From assembly GCA_963812135.1 (NCBI GenBank), contig CAWETU010000001.1:1184001-1248000 (forward strand): a stretch of 64,000 bases of DNA. Reading direction: 5' to 3'. The notes under the pieces are model-generated. The model was not told the DNA's origin, searched no databases, and worked only from the letters and a program-made list of their open reading frames with translations. The translations under genes were made by a program, and so were the position numbers. This DNA is from Vulcanimicrobiota bacterium. Its GTDB lineage: Bacteria > Vulcanimicrobiota > Vulcanimicrobiia > Eremiobacterales > Eremiobacteraceae. The number at the start of each line of letters is the position of its first letter. Position 1 is the first letter of the stretch. Positions 7,902 to 17,139 of the stretch are shown here, piece after piece.

Positions 7902-10228
7902 CAAGGAGCAAAGCGAGACCCATGAACCAACCTCGGTTCGCGTCCCTTCTGCGTCCAGCGGTTGGCATAGCTGCTGCGGCGTTCGTCTGCTGCGCGCTGG
8001 CGTTCACGAGCCAGCCCGCCGCCGCAGCCACGGCAGCCGGCACCCTGATCTCGAACACCGCGTCGGCGACCTACACCGATACGAACGGCGTCAATTATTC
8101 GACCCAGTCGAACACCGTCGTGGTCGAGGTGCAAAACGCACCATCGCTCACGGTGTTCACCAATAACGGCGCAGCGCCCGGCACCGGCACCGGCGTGCCG
8201 AACTCGTGTTTCGCAGATGTCTACACGCTGACGAACACGGGTAACGGAATCGGTCACTTCCAACTGCCGACCATCTCGCCACCGTTCGCGGGCAGCGATG
8301 CCGGTTCGGTCACGACCACGTCGTATTCGCTGTCGATCAACGGCGGCGCCACGACCACGGGCATGACGCTGGCGGCGCTCAACGCGGCGCTCGCGGCGCC
8401 TGGCGGTCTGATCCCAGCCGGCGGCAACGTCGTCATCACGATCAACTATTGCATCGGTGGGGCGGTCGTGCCCGGCACGATCATCTCGACGGTGCAGGCC
8501 AACATCAAGTACTTCGCGGCCGACCAGCCCAACCCGGGTGGTCTTGTCGACACGACGTCGGCGAACGTGACGAACACGTACACCGATACGATCACCGGCG
8601 ACGCGCGGCTCGACCTGCAGAAGACGGTCTCGATCACCGGTCCGGCGGGCGCGCCCGTGGTCAACTACACGGTCAAGGCTGCCAACGGTGGCAACGCGGC
8701 GGCGCGTACGCTGACGAGCGTGCAGGGCATCGGCTCCGGCGCGCCCTTCACCACGCCCGGCGTGCTCGCGGTGGCTGACAAGATCCCGCTCTTCGCGGCG
8801 ACGACGTTGACGCTCAACGGCGTGCCGGCGTTGGCGACGAATATCGGCAACGGCTTTGTCGCAGGATCGGTCGCGACCATCGTCTACTCGACGGATCCCA
8901 CTGGCGCCACCAGCTGGTCGACCAGTGCGGTGAACGCGAAGTGGATCGGCGTGTACGTCACCAACGGGGCAGCCTACTCGCCGGTGTTCAACACGAACGG
9001 CACGTCGGCGGCCGGCAACGTCCCCAATCCGGCGATCACGCTGACGTTCTCCGTGAACGGGCCTACCGGACCTGGCTCGGGTAACCCGAACGCGGTCTGC
9101 AACATCGCCAACAGCGTCGTCGGTGGCGACGCCAATAACGCCAATCCCTCGCAGCTCATCGGACCGACGATCACCAGTTTGGTGAACGATGGGTCCGCGG
9201 GCGCAGCGACGCAGATCAACAACGCCATCAACAACACGACGGCTCTCGCGAACCCGAGCGGCGCGTCGCAGTTCGTCTGCGTCGCGATGCCGGCGAACCG
9301 CGCCGTGCTCAACGGTCCGCGGACCGCACCGGGCGCGACGGGCAGTTTCGACGGCGTCGTCGCGGTGAGCAACGACAATGACTTCACCGACGTCGGCTTC
9401 GTGCAACCTGCGTTCACGATCGTGAACGCCGGCACGGTGCCGGGCACGCCGAACGGCAACAACTTCTCCGCGGCCGTGTCGGGCATCAACGCCTCGAGCG
9501 ACGTCATGAACAACGGCAACGTGGACGACACCTACAACATCGTCGCCACCGCGCCGGCCGGTTTTACCGTGCAGTTGTTCCAAGACAACGGTGCGAACGC
9601 GCCGAGCGCGACGCCGCTTGGCGGCGCGACCGCCGGTGCGACGTCGACTGCCACGGGCGTAGCGGTCGCGTCGGGCGTGACGCTGCACTACTGGGCGGTC
9701 TACAGCGCGCCCAACGGCACGCAATCGCTCAAACGCTACGACGGCAACACCATCGCCACGAGCGGTGCCGATGCCACCATCCACAACGAGACGCACCATG
9801 AGCTGTATTCCAGCTTCGTGGCGCTGACCAAGTCGGTCGTGATCGTGACGAACTGCTCGGGCCCCGTGCCGGCCAACGGCGTGTGCCCGGGCGGCACGCT
9901 CACGTACACGCTTGACTACAGGACGATCGTCACGATACCTGGTGCGGGCAATACTGAGCCTGCGGCCGCGATCTTGACGACATCGGCCGGGTCGGTGGTC
10001 GTCACCGAAGACGGCGCCGCTGCTCCCAACAACTGGGCAACGTTCACGAATGGACTCAACGGAGCGGTGATCGACTCGAACGCCTGGGGCACCGTGTTCA
10101 CGTACACGCCTGGTCCAGGCCCGGCCACTGCGACGAAGTTCACGGCGCAGCTGGGCGGCGCGAGCGGGGTGCTGTCTCCGACGGGAACCGCGCAGGGCAC
10201 GCTGACCTTCGCCCTTACCGTGAAGTAA
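7898..10228 (+). CDS. Secreted DUF11-family protein, putative major fibre subunit
   Basis: ATGA overlap with upstream gene (alternative start 7922); signal peptide; mature N-terminus ATAAGTLISNTASATY; T/G/A/N/V-rich Ig repeats; ends LTFALTVK*. Confidence 0.8.
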   Translation: MTRSKARPMNQPRFASLLRPAVGIAAAAFVCCALAFTSQPAAAATAAGTLISNTASATYTDTNGVNYSTQSNTVVVEVQNAPSLTVFTNNGAAPGTGTGVPNSCFADVYTLTNTGNGIGHFQLPTISPPFAGSDAGSVTTTSYSLSINGGATTTGMTLAALNAALAAPGGLIPAGGNVVITINYCIGGAVVPGTIISTVQANIKYFAADQPNPGGLVDTTSANVTNTYTDTITGDARLDLQKTVSITGPAGAPVVNYTVKAANGGNAAARTLTSVQGIGSGAPFTTPGVLAVADKIPLFAATTLTLNGVPALATNIGNGFVAGSVATIVYSTDPTGATSWSTSAVNAKWIGVYVTNGAAYSPVFNTNGTSAAGNVPNPAITLTFSVNGPTGPGSGNPNAVCNIANSVVGGDANNANPSQLIGPTITSLVNDGSAGAATQINNAINNTTALANPSGASQFVCVAMPANRAVLNGPRTAPGATGSFDGVVAVSNDNDFTDVGFVQPAFTIVNAGTVPGTPNGNNFSAAVSGINASSDVMNNGNVDDTYNIVATAPAGFTVQLFQDNGANAPSATPLGGATAGATSTATGVAVASGVTLHYWAVYSAPNGTQSLKRYDGNTIATSGADATIHNETHHELYSSFVALTKSVVIVTNCSGPVPANGVCPGGTLTYTLDYRTIVTIPGAGNTEPAAAILTTSAGSVVVTEDGAAAPNNWATFTNGLNGAVIDSNAWGTVFTYTPGPGPATATKFTAQLGGASGVLSPTGTAQGTLTFALTVK

Positions 10229-10253
10229 CGGAGAAGGCGGTAGGAGCCTGACG

Positions 10254-12398
10254 GTGTTCCGTTGGTTGGTCCCGATTCTGGCGGCGGCTAGCGTCGGCGC
10301 GGTCGTACTTGCGACTGCGCCGGCGCTCGCTGCTACTCCGGCGGGCACGCTGATCAGCAACACCGCGTCCGCCACGTACTCGGACCAGTCCGGCACCGCG
10401 TACGCCACCGACTCGAATACGATCGTGGCGCAGGTGCAGGCGGTCGCGTCGCTGACGGTCTCGCCAAAAGAAGCGGTAGTCAATCCGGGGCTCGACGCGT
10501 ACGCGGTCGGCATGCCGGTGACGCGCCGCTTCATCATCACCAACACCAGCAACCTCACCGACGCATACACGATCCAATCCGCGACGACCAGCGCGGGCAC
10601 GATCACCGCGATCAATTTCGTCGTGCCTCCGGGTGGTCCGACCATCCCCGTCACCGTCGGCAGCACGATTTCGCCAAACGTCGTGCCGGGCGGCACGATG
10701 TTCGTGGACGTCACGGTGAACACGACGGGCATCCTCGTCGGCGCATCCTGGTCCATCAACATCAAAGCCCAGACCACGGTGGCGGGCACTGCGAACGGAT
10801 TGCAATCCGACACCGGTCAACGCTGGGCGATCGCGGTGCCCGGTCCCAACCTTAGCGGCATCAAGAAGTTGGTGGGCGGCCAGGCCTCGACACAGGCGGC
10901 ACCGGGCAGCACGGTCGCCTTTAGCATCTCGTTCACCAACACAGGCGGGCTGCCGGCAAACAACGTCGTCGTCACCGATGTCGTTCCCGTTGGCTTGCAC
11001 CCGCTCTTGAATTCCGTGCTCATCAACGGCGTCGCAGCCGGCGGCCAAGCGACCCTCGTCGGCCAAACGCTCACCGTCACGATTCCAACCGTCGCCGCCT
11101 CGCAGACGATCGTCATCGCGTTCAATGCGACCATCGACTCCGCTGCGGCGTTGGGCACGAGCTACGTCAATACGGCGCAGGTTGTCGCCACCGGCTTTGG
11201 CCCGGTGACTTCGCCGCCCGCGAGCGTGTTCGTCGGCACCGGCAACATCGTCTACGATGGTCTCGGCGGCGCGGGCCACCCGATCCCCGGCGCGCAGCTG
11301 ACGATCCTCAAGCCGCCGTCCATCACGCCGTACGCATTGACGGGTACGGGCGTCGCGCCGAACACATTGAACGCCAACCCCTATTCGACCGACGCCACCG
11401 GTTCGTATTCGTTCGGGTTCGGCAGCGGCCAGTTCGGCGGTGTCGGGGGCGACGCGCACTACACGCTCTTGGTGAGTGCGACCGGGTATCTCAACCGCCG
11501 CATCGACATCCTGCTGCACGCGGATCCGACGGGCACGTTGTACACGGCGACAATCACCGCGCTTGACGGGCAACTGCTCGCGGTGCCGGGCGGCTTCAAC
11601 CTGACATCTGGGCCGGTGGTGCTGAACAACGTCTTCAATCTGCTCGGGAATATCCCGATGTTCACCGCGCACCCGATCACCATTACGAAGACCGTCGATC
11701 AACAAGCGGTCGTCACCGGCAATCGCCTCATCTTCGCGGTGACCTTCGCGAACGCGTCGCTCGCGACGCTGACGAACGCGACGCTGATCGACACGTTGCC
11801 GCCGGGTGTCGCGTATGGCCCCGGCACCGCGCGCGTCGACGGCGTGCCGCAAGAGCCGCACGTGAATGGCCGCGTCCTTACCTGGACATTTGGCACCATG
11901 GCGCCATCGACGTCGCACACGATCGTGTACGGCGCCGTCGTGCTGCCGGAAGCGACGATCAACACGACGGTCGTCAACGTCGCCGCGCTGACGGCATTCG
12001 CGCAGGGCGCGCCGCTGAGCGCGTCGGCACAGGCATCGGTGGTGATCCTCGGCGGCGGCGCGTTCTCGTTCACGATTCCGATCACCGGGCGCGTCTTCAT
12101 CGACGTGGGCGGGCTCGGAAGGTTCGTCCCTGGCGATCAGGGTGTCTCCGGCGTTCGGCTGTATCTCGAGGACGGTCAGTACTCGGTCACCGACGCGCAA
12201 GGGCGCTACTCGTTCCCGTCGACACGGCCCGGCATGCACGTGATCAAACTGGATGCCTCGACGCTGCCGACCGGAGTGCGGCTGTTCCCCGATCCGCTCG
12301 ATTACGATAGTCCGCACAGCGCGACGCGGCTCGTGCACGGCATTCTCGACACTGGCCTGCTGCAAGACATCAACTTCGCAGTGGAGGCGGCCAAGTGA
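10254..12398 (+). CDS. Secreted DUF11-repeat protein with C-terminal SdrD-B/Cna-B-like domain (putative base/adaptor)
   Basis: AGGAG RBS; ATPAGTLISNTASATY N-terminus; two complete DUF11 modules; ITGRVFIDV...GVSGVRLYLEDG...TDAQGRYSF. Confidence 0.8.
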   Translation: MFRWLVPILAAASVGAVVLATAPALAATPAGTLISNTASATYSDQSGTAYATDSNTIVAQVQAVASLTVSPKEAVVNPGLDAYAVGMPVTRRFIITNTSNLTDAYTIQSATTSAGTITAINFVVPPGGPTIPVTVGSTISPNVVPGGTMFVDVTVNTTGILVGASWSINIKAQTTVAGTANGLQSDTGQRWAIAVPGPNLSGIKKLVGGQASTQAAPGSTVAFSISFTNTGGLPANNVVVTDVVPVGLHPLLNSVLINGVAAGGQATLVGQTLTVTIPTVAASQTIVIAFNATIDSAAALGTSYVNTAQVVATGFGPVTSPPASVFVGTGNIVYDGLGGAGHPIPGAQLTILKPPSITPYALTGTGVAPNTLNANPYSTDATGSYSFGFGSGQFGGVGGDAHYTLLVSATGYLNRRIDILLHADPTGTLYTATITALDGQLLAVPGGFNLTSGPVVLNNVFNLLGNIPMFTAHPITITKTVDQQAVVTGNRLIFAVTFANASLATLTNATLIDTLPPGVAYGPGTARVDGVPQEPHVNGRVLTWTFGTMAPSTSHTIVYGAVVLPEATINTTVVNVAALTAFAQGAPLSASAQASVVILGGGAFSFTIPITGRVFIDVGGLGRFVPGDQGVSGVRLYLEDGQYSVTDAQGRYSFPSTRPGMHVIKLDASTLPTGVRLFPDPLDYDSPHSATRLVHGILDTGLLQDINFAVEAAK

Positions 12399-15300
12399 GC
12401 GCGCGAGCTGCACTCGCGCGAATCACTCAAGCTGCGCTTGGGTGCTACATTCTGGCACTTTTGGCGGCGCCGGCGCTTGGCGCGCCGCCGACGGGCGCAA
12501 ACCTGAGCAACCTCACGTACACGGCGACCTCGGATCTGAGCGCGACGCTGTTGTCTCCAGCGGATAAGACCGCCTCGGCGACGAGCGCGGCGAAGATCCT
12601 CGTCTCCACCGTTGCGGGCGCCGGGGTCGAGCTGCGCGTGAATGGCAACGTCATTTCCGCGAAACAAATCGGCATGCGCTCGATCAACAAGAAGACGGGC
12701 GAGACGCGCTACGAGTTCTTCGGCGTCGTGCTCGAGCCGGGCCCCAACGTTGTGCAGTTGACCCCGCTCGGCGCAGACGACCAGCGCGGTCCGACAACGA
12801 GCTACACGCTGTTCGGTCCTGGCAAGCCCGTCCACTTCGCATTCGGACTCGATCGATCGCTGCGCGCCGACGGCGGCAACACGGTGTCAACGTTGATCAT
12901 CAGCGCGACGGACCGATGGAACAACCCCGCCATGCCAGGCGCCATCATCAAGGTCGGCATCGTGTCCGGCGACCTGCACCTGCTGGTGGCGACGTCCGCG
13001 GCGCAAGGCGAGCAGCCCCACTATCACCGCGCGAGCGCGGTCGAGATCCCGGTCGCGCCGGGCGGCATCGAGCAGCTTCCGATGGTGGCCGGATTGCTAC
13101 CCGGCGAAGCGCTCGTGCAGGTCACAGCCGCCGACGTCGTGACCAGCGAGCGATTCTACATCGATCCGAACCTGCGCAAGCCCTTCGTCGCCGGATTGAT
13201 CACCGCAGGCGCAGGTCCAGTGCCCGGATTCGCCGGCATGCCCGCCGCGGTGCCGGATGGGCAACAGACGCGTTTGGGCCGCATCGCGATTTTCGGCACC
13301 GGCGTCGTGAACCACGACATCCTGGCGACCATCGCATATGATACCGCGAACGTGCTGCAGCAGAATCTGCTCGGCCCGTACGTCGTCGATCCCTACGACC
13401 GCCCGTTCCAGACGTACGGCGACACGAGCTACCAGAACAACGACGCGTTGTCCCGCGACCATCTGTACGCGCGCTTCGACCGCAATCAGAGCAGCTTCGT
13501 CTGGGGCGAGTTCCGCCCCGACACCGGTTCGCCCGATCCCGACGGCGCGTTTCATCTCCTGGTGGACGGCGCCAAGCTCGAGCTTGGGACCAGCCGCACG
13601 CGCGTCGTCGCGTTCAACGCGAACAACGATTTCGCGTATGCGCGCCAACAGTTTAATCCGACCGGTCTCTCGCTCGGCGGTCAACTGCTCCATCCGAACA
13701 TCGTCGTCGGCTCAGACGTCGTGACGCTCGTCGTGCTCGACAAACGCACGGGTGCGGTTCTGAACCAGACCACGCTCGTGAACAACATCGACTACACGCT
13801 GGATTACTCCACCGGGCTGCTGCGCTTCATCAACATCCCGCTGCCCTACGATGACCATTTCAATCCTCAAGTCGTCCAGGTGCAGTACGAATACGGCGGC
13901 TCGGGCGTCAACTCGGAAACCACGGGCGGCCGCGCAAGCATGCTGCTCGATAGCAAGGGCAACCTGCGGCTGAACATCGGCTACGTCAACGACTCGACCG
14001 GCATGGCCAACTTCACGCTCTTCGAGCAGAGCCTGCAGGGCGCGATGCACGGCGGTTCGTGGAGCATCGCGCACATCGCGTCGAATGGCCCCGCGCTTGG
14101 CACGACGCTCGGTCCGACCGAGGCGGGCTCGTCGGTGCATGCGACATTCAGCGAGGTGTCCGGCTCCAACCGGCTCGCGTTTGATTTCACCACGGCGAGC
14201 GCCGGCTTCAACAACCCCTTCGGCGGTTTTGCGACGCCGGGCCTGACCAACTACAATTTGGAAGCCAAGCATCTGTTCAATCCGAACAGCGACATCACGC
14301 TCAACTACAACTTGCAGCACAACATCAGCACTGCGGGCAGCGAAGATCAGTCGCAAGCGTCGGTCGTGTATCACCACGTGTGGGGTGACCGGCTGCTCGC
14401 GAAACTCGGCGTGCAGACGAACGTCGTGTCGGGCGTGAGCGATCCGATCTCAGGCGCATCGGTGACCGGCTCCAACGCGCAAGCCATCCTGGGGCTCGGC
14501 TATAAGCTCTCGAAACGCCTGTCGCTCGGCGTCGAGGATATCGCGACGATCGGCGGCGGCACAACGACGCCGAGCGAGCCGTCGCAGACGATGGCGCAGC
14601 TCACCTATAGCGTGCCGAACAACACGAAGTTCTTCGTGCGCGAGCGCTGGAGTTCGCAGCCGACAGACAGTTTCGCGACGTCATCCGCGCCGTTCACAAC
14701 GGCGTCGCAGTCGACGCAGTCGTTCTCGGTCGGTTTCTCGCGCGACATGAGCGCCGCGATGTCGGTCGACAGCGAATGGGGCGTCGACCATACGAATAGC
14801 GGTCCGGACATCTACTCGGCATACGGCGTGCGCGAGAAGTTCAAGTTCGGCCGGAACCTGCAGGGCGATGCGTTCGCGCAGGACGGCAACGCGGTCGGCG
14901 GCGGGATGTCCGGGTTCTTCATCTACGGTCTGAACGCGTCGTACTCGAACACGCACAATTTCACCGCGGCCGCGTCGTGGCAGAACCGCACCGGGTCCCT
15001 GCCGGGCAGCAGCCTCACGGCCGGGTTCTCGGGTCCGCTCGGCACTAGCTTCGCGCTGCAGGGCACGCTGCAGAACTCGCGCACGCCGGATGCATTCGAC
15101 TATCAGGACCGCGTCGGCCTCGCATGGCGGCCGGCGAACAACGATCGCGGCGCCACGCTCGTCGAGTGGGATCATCGGATCGGCAATCTCTCCACCTTGA
15201 GCGAGCAGACGGACGTCATCATGGTGCAGCAGGTCTATCGCCCGACGCAAACGCTCGAACTGGCAGGCCGCTACGCGTATAAGATGGATGGCGGCGCGTT

Positions 15301-15589
15301 CTATCTGCCGCATACATCGCTGGTCGGCCTGCGCGCCGACGAGCGCATCGGCAAGCGTTACGATCTGGGCATCGAGACGCAGTTGGTCGAGCCGGCGGGC
15401 ATTCCGGCGGCGAAGTCCACCGATTTCGCGATCGAGAACGGTTACCGCATCGGCGGCTCGGCGCGGCTTGCGGTCGGTTACAACTTCGCGGGTTCGGCCG
15501 ATCCCACGCTCACCGGAGCTCCGGTGCGCAAGGGCGTTTACGTGACCCTCACGTCGATCGTCGACCGCATCTTCGGCTGGGGCCGGTAA
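12395..15589 (+). CDS. Large putative outer-membrane beta-barrel protein of the DUF11 operon
   Basis: GTGA overlap; signal peptide; N-terminal Ig-like segments then many amphipathic strands; C-terminal RLAVGYNFAG...KGVYVTL. Confidence 0.7.
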   Translation: MSARAALARITQAALGCYILALLAAPALGAPPTGANLSNLTYTATSDLSATLLSPADKTASATSAAKILVSTVAGAGVELRVNGNVISAKQIGMRSINKKTGETRYEFFGVVLEPGPNVVQLTPLGADDQRGPTTSYTLFGPGKPVHFAFGLDRSLRADGGNTVSTLIISATDRWNNPAMPGAIIKVGIVSGDLHLLVATSAAQGEQPHYHRASAVEIPVAPGGIEQLPMVAGLLPGEALVQVTAADVVTSERFYIDPNLRKPFVAGLITAGAGPVPGFAGMPAAVPDGQQTRLGRIAIFGTGVVNHDILATIAYDTANVLQQNLLGPYVVDPYDRPFQTYGDTSYQNNDALSRDHLYARFDRNQSSFVWGEFRPDTGSPDPDGAFHLLVDGAKLELGTSRTRVVAFNANNDFAYARQQFNPTGLSLGGQLLHPNIVVGSDVVTLVVLDKRTGAVLNQTTLVNNIDYTLDYSTGLLRFINIPLPYDDHFNPQVVQVQYEYGGSGVNSETTGGRASMLLDSKGNLRLNIGYVNDSTGMANFTLFEQSLQGAMHGGSWSIAHIASNGPALGTTLGPTEAGSSVHATFSEVSGSNRLAFDFTTASAGFNNPFGGFATPGLTNYNLEAKHLFNPNSDITLNYNLQHNISTAGSEDQSQASVVYHHVWGDRLLAKLGVQTNVVSGVSDPISGASVTGSNAQAILGLGYKLSKRLSLGVEDIATIGGGTTTPSEPSQTMAQLTYSVPNNTKFFVRERWSSQPTDSFATSSAPFTTASQSTQSFSVGFSRDMSAAMSVDSEWGVDHTNSGPDIYSAYGVREKFKFGRNLQGDAFAQDGNAVGGGMSGFFIYGLNASYSNTHNFTAAASWQNRTGSLPGSSLTAGFSGPLGTSFALQGTLQNSRTPDAFDYQDRVGLAWRPANNDRGATLVEWDHRIGNLSTLSEQTDVIMVQQVYRPTQTLELAGRYAYKMDGGAFYLPHTSLVGLRADERIGKRYDLGIETQLVEPAGIPAAKSTDFAIENGYRIGGSARLAVGYNFAGSADPTLTGAPVRKGVYVTLTSIVDRIFGWGR

Positions 15590-15610
15590 GCAGGACGAAG
15601 GAGCTCGCTT

Positions 15611-15634
15611 CGGTCGAGTAAACTCGACCGCTAC
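15611..15634 (-). repeat. GTAG-type REP-like palindrome between convergent genes
   Basis: Minus strand GTAG-CGGTCGAGT-TT-ACTCGACCG; near-identical copy at 61071-61094. Confidence 0.7.
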
Positions 15635-16663
15635 TTAACGAGTCGCGAAGACGGACACCCATGACGGATCTTCAGTCACGCGCTGCGAGCGGCTGACGAC
15701 GTACAGCTGGCCGCGTGCGTCGAGCGCGACGCCTTCGACATACGCGCCCAGGCCTGCGTCGCTGCCGCCGATCGTGCGCACCGGCAGCGCGTTGCCCGAC
15801 GCACCGGGTGCGTACACCGTCACGTTACTGTCCACGAGATTCGAGACGTAGGCGTAACCATCGCCGTCCACCGCGATGCCCTGCGGCGTGTCGAGCGCTG
15901 TCTGGCTGCCGGTGATGATCCGCGCCGGCTTCGCGTCGCCATTCGCGTTCGGAGCGAAGACGATGATGCTGTCGATGCCGAGGTTGACCCGGCCGCTGTT
16001 CACGACGTAGACGAAACCGTGCGAGTCAACCGTCAAGCCGAGCGGCGTGTCGAGCGTCGTGTGCGGACCGGAGATCGTGCGGACCGGAGCGGACTGCCCC
16101 TTCGCCCCGGGACCGTAGACCGTGACCGAGTTCGCGGCGCTGACCATCGCTCCGTAGTTCGCGACGTACAGATCGCCGTGCGGGCCGAATGCCAGTCCCT
16201 TTGGCTTGAGAATGCCGTTGGTGATGGTGCGCGCCGGCACGGAGTCGCCGTGCGCCGTCTTGTCAAAGACGAGGATCGCGCCCGGTCCTTCGCTCGTGCC
16301 GCCGCCCGAGGTGCCGCTGCTGGCGACGTAGAGCTCGCCGGCCGCATCGAGCGCGATCCCGCCCGGCCGGGCAAGGGCACCGCTGATCGTCCGGATCGGC
16401 GCGGTATCGCCGCTGCCGCTTGGCGCATAGACGGTGATCGTGTCGCGTTTTGCCGCCAGCGATCCATCGTTGCTGACGTAGATGTTGCCGTTGGGATCGA
16501 CGACGATGCCGCTCGGCCACAGCAGTCCGGTGTTCGCGCCTTTGATGATGCGCGCCGGCGTGCCGAGCGGCGCGCCGCCGGCCTCCGATGAGGGGCCGGC
16601 GATCAATGCGGCAAGACAGACGGTCGCACATAGCGCGAACACGACGCTGTGAGACGGTCGCAT
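15635..16663 (-). CDS. Secreted NHL-repeat (beta-propeller) protein
   Basis: Signal peptide; six PxGIAxDxxGxLYV...VYAP...PxRTIxG repeats. Confidence 0.85.
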   Translation of the reverse strand: MRPSHSVVFALCATVCLAALIAGPSSEAGGAPLGTPARIIKGANTGLLWPSGIVVDPNGNIYVSNDGSLAAKRDTITVYAPSGSGDTAPIRTISGALARPGGIALDAAGELYVASSGTSGGGTSEGPGAILVFDKTAHGDSVPARTITNGILKPKGLAFGPHGDLYVANYGAMVSAANSVTVYGPGAKGQSAPVRTISGPHTTLDTPLGLTVDSHGFVYVVNSGRVNLGIDSIIVFAPNANGDAKPARIITGSQTALDTPQGIAVDGDGYAYVSNLVDSNVTVYAPGASGNALPVRTIGGSDAGLGAYVEGVALDARGQLYVVSRSQRVTEDPSWVSVFATR

Positions 16664-16667
16664 GTGG

Positions 16668-17120
16668 CTAGGCGGGTTCGCGCTTTACTCCCGACACACC
16701 CGCGAGGATCGCATCGGTGTCGGGGAAGCCGCGCTCGTAGAAAACGATGCGGCCACCGCGATCGATGCCGACGACGGTGCGATTGATGACGGTGAACGGT
16801 CCCCATCGGGTCAACGCGTCATAGGCCCGCGACACCTTCAACCCCCGGTCGCTCAAGAGCGTTGCGGTGAATCCATGTCGTCGTGCGAACGCGCGATGCG
16901 AACGCACGCTGGCGCCGTTGATGCCGAACACCGTGACGCCGGCTTGCGCGTAACGAGCTGCGGCGCCGCGCACGGCGGCGAGTTGAAAATATCAGCCGAG
17001 AGTGTGGTCGAGGACGTAGAAGATCAAGACGGCTGCGTTGCTGCGCAGCACGGACGACAACGTGACCGGCGCGCCCTCGTGATCGAGCAGCGTGAAGTCC
17101 GGCGCGGTTTGGCCGAGCAT
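16668..17120 (-). CDS. BCP/PrxQ-type peroxiredoxin with in-frame UGA (selenocysteine) at the peroxidatic position, 150 aa
   Basis: ATG 17120 MLGQTAPDFTLLDHEG...IFYVLDHTLG-TGA(16994-16992)-YFQLAAVRG...VFGIN...SHRAFA...LLSD...RTVVGID. The TGA aligns with the Cys of FYPxDxTPGC, and the reading frame continues into track ORF 16668-16973. Confidence 0.8.
16964..16980 (-). promoter_or_regulatory. Candidate bacterial SECIS hairpin
   Basis: CGCCGC-CGUGC-GCGGCG stem-loop beginning 11 nt 3' of the UGA, with GU in the first loop positions. Confidence 0.6.
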
Positions 17121-17139
17121 CACGCTGCAGGCGAGGACG

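Noticed and set aside
7358..12413. Very long minus-strand ORFs (1151 aa and 732 aa)
   Set aside because: Antisense shadows of the GC3-biased DUF11 genes; Arg-rich low-information translations with no motifs.
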